From: an uncultured Methanospirillaceae archaeon | GTDB taxonomy: Archaea > Halobacteriota > Methanomicrobia > Methanomicrobiales > Methanospirillaceae | Reading direction: 5' to 3' | Assembly (NCBI GenBank): GCA_949319355.1 | Contig: CASGHA010000141.1 | Span: 1-40,995, forward strand | DNA: 40,995 bases | In this document: positions 1-6,582 of the stretch, in pieces | Layout: each line of letters starts with the position of its first letter | Numbering within the stretch: position 1 is the first letter of the stretch | Notes under the pieces: generated by a model | The model's input: the letters and a program-made list of their open reading frames with translations, nothing else | Database searches by the model: none | What the model was told of the DNA's origin: nothing | Position numbers and translations under genes: made by a program

Positions 1-878
1 CTCCGCCATTCCGCTGCTGATCCGGCGCACGATGCTGTTGCTGGTCGAGGAGATCCGCTTGCTGGAGGCGCGCATCGCCCAGCTGGAGCGGGAGCTCACG
101 GAACTGGCGCGGCACTCGCCCGCCTGCACCACGTTGCTCACCATTCCCGGCATCGGCCTCTTGACCGCTACCGCGATGGTGGCCGCCACCGGCGGCGAGG
201 TGAAACACTTCAAGGACGCCCGCCACTTCGCCAGCTGGTTCGGCCTCACGCCGAAGGAATATTCCTCGGGATCGACGCGCCGGCTCGGGCGCATCTCCAA
301 GCGCGGCGACCGCTACCTGAGGATGCTGCTCACCCATGGGGCGCGCGCCCTCCTGCGCGCAGCAACCCTGGCCCGACAGGCCGGCCGCACGCTCGATGGC
401 TTGCGCCACTGGGCCACCGAAATCCAGGGGCGCACCCACCACAACAAGGCCGCCTGTGCGCTGGCCAACAAGCTGGCGAGGATCTGCTATGCCGTCTTGC
501 GCGATGCCACGCCGTACGGTCTGCCCCAGCCCCGGCAGGCCAAGAAGCTCAACCGCGCGGCCTTTGTCGTGGCGGCCTGAGGCTGTGCCAGGAAACACCG
601 TGATGTTCTTTCCCCAGCGTCTGCAACGAGACTGATCGCCCATCATGGCAAACAGGGTCGCACCCGCACGGACTGACGCCGATAACTCTGCCGGCAGCGT
701 ACCGCTTGCCGCTTGTACCGATTGGCGCGCCGTGAGCAGATTCCATGTCGGCACGGGCCACACAGAGCCCACTCACGATGCCGGATATACGACTGCATGC
801 GCATCCCCTCAGCCATTCCTATCGCTCAGTTTCCTTGCTTTTTGGGGGAGTCCATATACGAACTGTTAGGCAACAATG
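1..878 (+). mobile_element. 3' part of an IS110-family insertion sequence (or other foreign, bacterial-type DNA) running off the left window edge
   Basis: Contains the transposase 3' end (2-580) plus ~300 nt without a convincing ORF. Hand-counted G+C is 68/100 for nt 1-100 and 60/100 for nt 601-700, versus 56/100 for nt 3601-3700. The archaeal pelota frame ends at 879-881. The exact element end cannot be set, since the IS110 family lacks classical terminal inverted repeats. Confidence 0.6.
2..580 (+). CDS. IS110-family (IS116/IS110/IS902-type) transposase, C-terminal ~190 aa; 5' end outside the window
   Basis: Frame is open from nt 2 (SAIPLLIRRT precedes the first Met at 32). A coiled-coil linker (EEIRLLEARIAQLERELTEL) is followed by the typical C-terminal transposase domain: LLTIPGIGLLTATAMVA...FKDARHFASWFGLTPKEYSSGSTRRLGRISKRGDRYLRMLLTHGARA. 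Stop TGA at 578-580. Confidence 0.9.
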   Translation, partial: SAIPLLIRRTMLLLVEEIRLLEARIAQLERELTELARHSPACTTLLTIPGIGLLTATAMVAATGGEVKHFKDARHFASWFGLTPKEYSSGSTRRLGRISKRGDRYLRMLLTHGARALLRAATLARQAGRTLDGLRHWATEIQGRTHHNKAACALANKLARICYAVLRDATPYGLPQPRQAKKLNRAAFVVAA

Positions 879-1289
879 TCATTCTTCAATGATGGCCAAG
901 CCGCGCCGCTTGAGATCTGCCAGGGAATCCAACATGGTCTTCAACGCTTCAGGAGAATGGCGCTCCCACTCTTGCAGTACGCCAACTATCTTAAGGGGTT
1001 GGTGTGTCCCGCGAGCCACACCCTGCTCGATTACCCCGCTTACCCGCAACCGCAGGGCGAAGTCATGGAACTCAACCCTCGTGACGCGGATACCCAGTCT
1101 TACGGGTCGTTTTTCCGCCTTTTCAGGTCGTATCTTGTCAGCCTGGGTCTCTGTTGTCCGGAGCGTCGTTGCAAAGACAAGGTCATCCGGGGATATGAGG
1201 TGGCTCATGTGCCAGAGATCATCGATACTTTCCGGGAACAGCCTGACCTCCCCGAAGGACCTGATGAGGTCGCCGAATTCAGCCTTCAT
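879..1289 (-). pseudogene. pelA: Pelota (Dom34-type ribosome rescue factor), N-terminal domain only; truncated at the junction with the high-GC segment
   Basis: MKAEFGDLIRSFGEVRLFPESIDDLWHMSHLISPDDLVFATTLR... matches the Pelota N-terminal domain pattern. The ORF stops after ...DLKRRGLAIIEE, where the central domain should begin (full-length archaeal Pelota is ~340-360 aa). No pelota-like reading frame exists in 1-878. Confidence 0.75.
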
Positions 1290-3162
1290 CGACTATGTCG
1301 GAACCTCCGGGGGGGATGAATGCTGCGACGGCCTCGGTATTCAACACGGCCTTCCAACCTGCACGCTCGTTCTCCGGTATCCGTTCCCTCAAAGTTCTCG
1401 TCATTTTCCGCGCAATGTCATTCGGTTCAAAGGTCCCGGGCTGGATCTCGAGAGAGACCACCGAGCGTGCCCTGACGACCTCTGGAGGACCCCCTATCAC
1501 CGCCATGTCCGGTTCCTTTGCAAGGCCGACGGAAGCCCTGAGTGGGATGTCCCTGTAGTATTCCCGCTCGCCGCGGACGATGAACGACCCCCTGCTCACG
1601 TACTCCCCTGACTCAGGTGTCTTACTGACCTGGTCGGGACGGACTGCATAGACATCAGCCGAGTGGTGCCCGGCTTTCCAGGCCCCGGAGAACGCTGCTG
1701 CAAACCGGGCTACCTCGTCCATACGTTCCGTCTGCCCTTTCACGATGACAACCGAAGCCCCGTGGACATCTGCATGAAGGAACCGGTCCCTGCCTTCCAT
1801 GTATTTCTTGACCAGCTCTTCGTTCTGGGAAGCGTCCCGTCCTCCGAGGACCAGGGCCCCGTCACTGGTATAGAACCACCGAAACCTGTGAAACCAGCGT
1901 TTTTTCATGGGAGCCGCTTTGCTGGCTGCTTTCTTCCTGACCGGGACAGGCCTGTCCATCGCGGCTTTTGCCCCATCCCGCTTCTTCCTGAACTTCTTGG
2001 CCTGTTCGTAAAACCTGCCGACGTTCTGTTCGATACTCTCACGGACATGGATACGGACCAGTGTCCCTTCAAGTTCAAGGTCTATTGAAGCTTCATCGGG
2101 ATGAACCGCCCGTATCTGCCGGGCCACACCGTCCCCATTTTTCAGGATGGTGGCTATCTCCTGCCAGGAATAGCGTTCCGAGGCTCTCGTGAGGGTACGG
2201 ATAATTTCCGAAACAAGCTGGTAGTTCGCATAGACCGCCTCGGCTGCAGCTTCGCTTTTCGCCGCCTTTTCGTCATACTTCCTGACCGCTGCCTCCTGGC
2301 GGCTGCGGATTATCCCGTCCCGGGTGACCTTCTCCTTCTGCTCGACACTCTTCCTGGGTGTCAAGGGGAAGAATGCCTCCAGGGCGGCCTGGAATGAGGG
2401 GTGGGGTGTTCCTTCAAAACCCGGTACAGGTATGGGGTGCACACCCGTCGGCCCGAGCAGAGGCTGCCTTTCTGCCTTAATCTGGTCTATCAACGAATGG
2501 TATGCCTTATATAGTCCAGGTAAATCAGCCTCTCCCGGGCGGGTTGACTTTTCGACTCCGGCCATCCTGCATACAAGTTCTGCATATGCCCCGCCGAGCA
2601 TCCCGTCAATAGCAAGGACCCTGACCGTTTCACGTGTATCGTTCCGCAGGTGAGCCTTGAACTCCTCTTCTGACAGGAGGGAGAGGTCCTTTCCCGGGTA
2701 CTGGTATACTTCCCCGGGTACGACATCCCTGTCCCTGAACCGGTGAGGTCTCAATGCCCTGACGATCCCGAACTGTTCGTCACAGATGACGATGTTACCG
2801 GCATCGAAGACCTCGATGACCAGGTGGTAGAGCTGGTCCCTTTTCTGAATGCCGATAGTCATGATCCGGGAAAGACCTGCCTGGGAAATTGAAACGATCC
2901 TCCCGCCCGTGAGATTTTTCCTAAGGACCATGGCGAAAGCCGGCGGGACCTTCGGGAGGTCCGGCAGGGCAGTAACCAGGTGGACCCGGCGGCCGGGCTC
3001 GACGAGGAGCAGGTGTTTTCCTGTATCCCTGCTGTTCAGCCTCAACAGGAAGAGTCCACCCGCCCCCTGGTAGCACTTGTCAACCCAGAGCGGGAGAAGC
3101 GGGATCATCTCCGCCACTACGGCTGTGAGGTCGATACCACTCATTCCCTTGCTGGTCGCCAT
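1279..3162 (-). CDS. NFACT-family ribosome quality-control protein (RqcH/Rqc2/NEMF homologue; often annotated fibronectin-binding A-like/DUF814)
   Basis: Long ORF (track 1279..3222). Likely start is ATG 3162 (MATSKGMSGIDL), with 3144 as an alternative. It has an NFACT-N-like N-terminus, a long charged coiled-coil middle, and an NFACT-R/DUF814 signature: FHRFRWFYTSDGALVLGGRDASQNEELVKKYMEGRDRFLHADVHGASVVIVKG. Its stop overlaps the pelota start by 11 nt. Confidence 0.8.
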   Translation of the reverse strand: MATSKGMSGIDLTAVVAEMIPLLPLWVDKCYQGAGGLFLLRLNSRDTGKHLLLVEPGRRVHLVTALPDLPKVPPAFAMVLRKNLTGGRIVSISQAGLSRIMTIGIQKRDQLYHLVIEVFDAGNIVICDEQFGIVRALRPHRFRDRDVVPGEVYQYPGKDLSLLSEEEFKAHLRNDTRETVRVLAIDGMLGGAYAELVCRMAGVEKSTRPGEADLPGLYKAYHSLIDQIKAERQPLLGPTGVHPIPVPGFEGTPHPSFQAALEAFFPLTPRKSVEQKEKVTRDGIIRSRQEAAVRKYDEKAAKSEAAAEAVYANYQLVSEIIRTLTRASERYSWQEIATILKNGDGVARQIRAVHPDEASIDLELEGTLVRIHVRESIEQNVGRFYEQAKKFRKKRDGAKAAMDRPVPVRKKAASKAAPMKKRWFHRFRWFYTSDGALVLGGRDASQNEELVKKYMEGRDRFLHADVHGASVVIVKGQTERMDEVARFAAAFSGAWKAGHHSADVYAVRPDQVSKTPESGEYVSRGSFIVRGEREYYRDIPLRASVGLAKEPDMAVIGGPPEVVRARSVVSLEIQPGTFEPNDIARKMTRTLRERIPENERAGWKAVLNTEAVAAFIPPGGSDIVDEG

Positions 3163-3194
3163 CGAAGATACCAAATTACATATCCTCCGAATGC

Positions 3195-3204
3195 TAAAAA
3201 AATA
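3195..3204. promoter_or_regulatory. A/T-rich TATA-like element (taaaaaaata) in the 50-nt divergent spacer between the NFACT gene and the small membrane protein gene
   Basis: This is the only A/T-rich block between starts 3162 (-) and 3213/3222 (+). Its spacing fits a leaderless or near-leaderless transcript starting near ATG 3222 (+), and/or a short-leader transcript for 3162 (-). Confidence 0.3.
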
Positions 3205-3212
3205 GGCATCTG

Positions 3213-3581
3213 ATGCCGCCAATGACCACTACCACCCCAGCAGTCCCGGAAGAAAAAAAGGACGCAGTTAGCCCCCCCAGGGATAAACACAAGGAATACC
3301 GTGACCGGATTGTAAGGACCTTCCTCGGATGCATGATGGGCATGGTTGCGGGCATCATCTCGTTCGCCGCCGGCGGCTCCCTTCGCGAGGATGTTTTTTC
3401 GACATCCGTCCTCGGCTTCCTGATCATGCTTGCATCGGTTGTCCTGCAAAAGCACGTCTTCTTCCTGATGAGGTGCAGCGGTGACGGCCTCACCAAGAAA
3501 GACTGGTTATATCATGGCTTCATGACCTTCGCGTTCTGGTTCATCACTTGGACACTCCTGATGACCGGAAGGCCCGCCTGA
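3213..3581 (+). CDS. Small membrane protein (three predicted TM helices), possibly EMC6-like; co-transcribed with ABCE1
   Basis: 122 aa with a K/E-rich N-terminus. Hydrophobic helices: IVRTFLGCMMGMVAGIISFAAGG, VLGFLIMLASVVLQKHVFF, LYHGFMTFAFWFITWTLLMT. The stop lies 6 nt before the ABCE1 ATG. The EMC6-like assignment is from memory of Methanomicrobia annotations and is not verified. Confidence 0.6.
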   Translation: MPPMTTTTPAVPEEKKDAVSPPRDKHKEYRDRIVRTFLGCMMGMVAGIISFAAGGSLREDVFSTSVLGFLIMLASVVLQKHVFFLMRCSGDGLTKKDWLYHGFMTFAFWFITWTLLMTGRPA

Positions 3582-3587
3582 TCATTC

Positions 3588-5357
3588 ATGCGTATCGCTA
3601 TCGTTCACAAGGACCGTTGTCACTCGAAAAAATGCGGGACTGAGTGTATCCTGTACTGTCCGAGGGTCAGGACCGGTGACGAGACGGTCGTCATCGGGGA
3701 GGAGGGCAGGGCGGTTATCTCCGAGGAGCTCTGCGTAGGCTGTGGTATCTGTGTTAAGAAATGTCCCTTTGGTGCAATAGACATCGTAAGCCTCCCTGAG
3801 GAGCTCGACCTCCCCACCCACAGGTACGGCAAAAATGGATTTGTCCTCTATGGTCTTCCGGCCCCTGTAGAAGGGAAGGTCACCGGTGTCCTCGGCGCGA
3901 ACGGGATAGGGAAGTCGACGGCTGTCAAAATACTCTCCGGGCAGCTCAAACCGAACCTCGGTTTTGAGGATGCCGGCCAGGAATGGGGTGCGATCCTCAA
4001 ACAATATGCGGGGACGGAACTTTTTGAGTACCTCCAGACCCTGTCTGAGAAGAAGATCAGGGTGGCCGTTAAGCCGCAGTATATCGATTATATCCCTGCC
4101 GTCTTCAAGGGCAATGTCGGCGACCTCCTGAAGACGACCAACGAACGTGGCAGGATGGAGGAGTACGTTGATGCCCTCTCCCTTGGGCCCCTCCTCGATA
4201 CCCCGATAACCACTCTCTCGGGAGGGGAACTCCAGCGGATCGCCCTCACGGCATGCCTCTCAAGGGAGGCTGATTTCTATTTCCTTGACGAGATAACACC
4301 CTTCCTCGATATCCACCAGCGGATGACCGCGGCGAACCTTATCCGGCAGCTCGCCCAGGAACGCCCGATCGTCATCGTTGAGCATGACCTTGCCATCCTC
4401 GACATGCTCGCAGACACGGTGAATGTCGCGTACGGTAAGCCTGCGGCATTCGGTATCATTACCCGCCCGAAAGGGGTCAGGGTAGGGATAAACCAGTACC
4501 TCGACGGGTTCCTCGTCGAGGAAAATGTCAGGTTCAGGGAGCACCAGGTCACCTTTGAGCAGCGGGCGCATGATAAGGGTTCCGACCGTTCCGTACTTCT
4601 CCAGATACCCACGATGACCAAGACCTACGACCGGTTCGGCCTCACGGTTTCGGGTGGTGAAATACGGGCCGGTGAGGTCATCGGGGTTGTTGGTGCCAAC
4701 GGGATCGGGAAGAGTACATTTGCAATGCTGCTTGCCGGCATGACCGAGCCTGATGCAGGTCCCCTCGGGGAGACGGTGAAGATCTCGTACAAGCCCCAGT
4801 ACCTGAAGGCCGAGTCCGATGACACGGTGGAGTTTTACCTCAGGTCATGTACGAACACCTTCTCGACCTCCTATTATCAGCACGAGATCCTCGAACCACT
4901 CACACTCGAACCACTCCTCCAGTCCCCGCTCTCGACCCTTTCAGGAGGAGAGCTGCAGCGGGTGTCCATCGCCGCCTGCCTGTCCCGGCCCGCCGACCTG
5001 TACATCCTGGACGAGCCATCAGCACACCTGGATGTGGAACAGAGGGTGAAGATCACGCGGGTCATCAGGCACCACGTGGATGGGAAGGATGCCGCTGTCC
5101 TTGTAATTGACCACGATATTTACGTGATAGACATCATCAGTGAGCGGCTCCTTGTATTTGAAGGACAACCCGGGATCTCCGGGACGGCAACCGGTCCGTA
5201 CCTGATGAAAGAAGGGATGAACCGCTTCTTAAAGGAACTAGGGATAACGTTCCGCAGGGACAAGAGTGGCCGGCCCAGGATCAACAAGCCGGGCTCTTTC
5301 CTGGACCGTGACCAGAGGTCCCGGGGACAATACTACTATGCCCAGGCTGAGGAGTGA
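3588..5357 (+). CDS. ABCE1: ABCE1 / RNase L inhibitor-type ribosome recycling ATPase
   Basis: N-terminal double 4Fe-4S Cys clusters (CHSKKCGTECILYCP; CVGCGICVKKCP). Two ABC cassettes: Walker A GANGIGKST twice, signature LSGGELQR twice, Walker B FYFLDE and LYILDE. Confidence 0.95.
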   Translation: MRIAIVHKDRCHSKKCGTECILYCPRVRTGDETVVIGEEGRAVISEELCVGCGICVKKCPFGAIDIVSLPEELDLPTHRYGKNGFVLYGLPAPVEGKVTGVLGANGIGKSTAVKILSGQLKPNLGFEDAGQEWGAILKQYAGTELFEYLQTLSEKKIRVAVKPQYIDYIPAVFKGNVGDLLKTTNERGRMEEYVDALSLGPLLDTPITTLSGGELQRIALTACLSREADFYFLDEITPFLDIHQRMTAANLIRQLAQERPIVIVEHDLAILDMLADTVNVAYGKPAAFGIITRPKGVRVGINQYLDGFLVEENVRFREHQVTFEQRAHDKGSDRSVLLQIPTMTKTYDRFGLTVSGGEIRAGEVIGVVGANGIGKSTFAMLLAGMTEPDAGPLGETVKISYKPQYLKAESDDTVEFYLRSCTNTFSTSYYQHEILEPLTLEPLLQSPLSTLSGGELQRVSIAACLSRPADLYILDEPSAHLDVEQRVKITRVIRHHVDGKDAAVLVIDHDIYVIDIISERLLVFEGQPGISGTATGPYLMKEGMNRFLKELGITFRRDKSGRPRINKPGSFLDRDQRSRGQYYYAQAEE

Positions 5358-5375
5358 TCCTACCACTCCAGGTCA

Positions 5376-5380
5376 TTTTT
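5376..5380 (+). terminator. Oligo-T tract downstream of ABCE1
   Basis: A T5 run begins 19 nt after the ABCE1 stop, in a convergent intergenic region that also has two short hairpins (5435-5453; 5462-5482). Archaeal terminators are typically oligo-T. Confidence 0.3.
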
Positions 5381-5546
5381 AGTTGTTCTCCCTTTGATAG
5401 GCTGACAAGTGGCCCCCCTCCCTGCAGGCACTTCACCGGAGTCCTCATCCGGTATACCGCGCTTGTCGGACAGGCAGACAAGGGGGCTGTATTGCGGTCG
5501 TAATGTAAAGTTTTACCTTTCAGGTGAGGACCCTCCGGGTTTCATT

Positions 5547-6302
5547 CTACTCCTTTCTGGGTGGTTCCTGGAGGAGCCTTCTCATGATATCCTCCTCCTT
5601 CCGGTAGTAAAGGTCATCATGTCCCGACCAGGGCTCACAGCCTTTCATGAGTACCGCCGGGACACCGTTGTTACTCTCTCCCATGACATAGTTCGCAAAT
5701 CCCGCGATCTCATCAACAACAGCCTCTTCGGTTATCTTGAGGACATGGCCAAAGAGGTCTTTATCCCCGCGGAAGTCTCTGATGGCATGGATCCCACTCC
5801 AGCCAATGGCATTTCCCGTCTGGCCGCGGCGGAACGCCCTCCCAACGGTATCGGTGATGATAACCCCGGATGTATTCCCGGTAATGTCCAGTATACGCTG
5901 CCTGACCTCTGCAGCGGCTTTCATTGAGTCAGGCGGCAGGAGGATGACCTTTCCGTCATCGATGTTGCTCTGGTCGACCCCTGCACGGACACCTATGTGG
6001 CCACCCGCGACTTCTGAAAGGATGAACGGGTACTCCAGGAGCACATCGGTCGAGGCGTCGAGGACCGCCTGGAGAAACCTGGGGTCTTCACCCGTCCTCT
6101 TTCCGATCCTGACAGCACGGTCACCTGGCGTGATATCGGCAAGCATCCGTGTATACCCCTTTGATTTTGAATAGACCGATGATGCGATGCACAGGATATC
6201 CCCGTTTTCGACATGGACGCGGTCTGTTATCAGGGAAGGAAGGTCATCCCCGCGCTGGATCAGAGGAAGACCTGTTACAGGAAGTACGGTTATCGGCATC
6301 AT
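5547..6302 (-). CDS. cofE: Coenzyme F420-0:L-glutamate ligase (F420 gamma-glutamyl ligase)
   Basis: Family motifs recognised: GDILCIASSVYSKSKGY, EDPRFLQAVLDAST, GHIGVRAGVDQSNI, LLPPDSMKAAAEVRQRI, VIITDTVGRAFRRGQTGNAIGWSG. The ~250 aa length is typical. Confidence 0.9.
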   Translation of the reverse strand: MMPITVLPVTGLPLIQRGDDLPSLITDRVHVENGDILCIASSVYSKSKGYTRMLADITPGDRAVRIGKRTGEDPRFLQAVLDASTDVLLEYPFILSEVAGGHIGVRAGVDQSNIDDGKVILLPPDSMKAAAEVRQRILDITGNTSGVIITDTVGRAFRRGQTGNAIGWSGIHAIRDFRGDKDLFGHVLKITEEAVVDEIAGFANYVMGESNNGVPAVLMKGCEPWSGHDDLYYRKEEDIMRRLLQEPPRKE

Positions 6303-6574
6303 TTCTCTCTATTGTCGTTTCATTGTTAATAAATCGCTTTTTTTAAAGGTCATCATCTCAGCATGAGGGGACTGTCCCGACCAGGTACAACGAGGAGCGC
6401 AGGTTCAGGGAGTATCCCCAATCATGCCTGAAAAGAGGACGGTACCGGCTATCCTGACATGAAACAGACAGAACGTTTTATTATGTTCTCAGGGTGGAAA
6501 GAGGTTCCTGGTCCTGAAAGCACTATTAAAATGAAACGATGCCTGTGAAGGACACCAGTCCGGAATGTCCGTTG

Positions 6575-6580
6575 AAAAAA
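6575..6580 (-). terminator. Oligo-T tract (T6 on minus strand) directly after the last gene of the envelope operon
   Basis: Plus-strand aaaaaa at 6575-6580 lies 2 nt downstream of the TAA stop (6583-6585), followed by an A/T-rich region. Confidence 0.45.
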
Positions 6581-6582
6581 GG

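Noticed and set aside
745-1611. 288-aa plus-strand ORF spanning the high-GC/archaeal junction
   Set aside because: It is antisense to the well-supported pelota and NFACT reading frames, has no recognisable motifs, and has a Ser/Arg/Pro-rich composition typical of antisense frames in GC-rich DNA.
5404-5487. tRNA-sized segment with terminal G/C-rich complementarity (ggcccccc ... gggggc) and two hairpins (accgga-7 nt-tccggt at 5435-5453; cttgtc-9 nt-gacaag at 5462-5482)
   Set aside because: I could not build a cloverleaf: there is no T-loop (GTTCRA) or D-arm consensus and no plausible anticodon arm. It is more likely terminator or 3'-UTR structure in the convergent ABCE1/cofE spacer.
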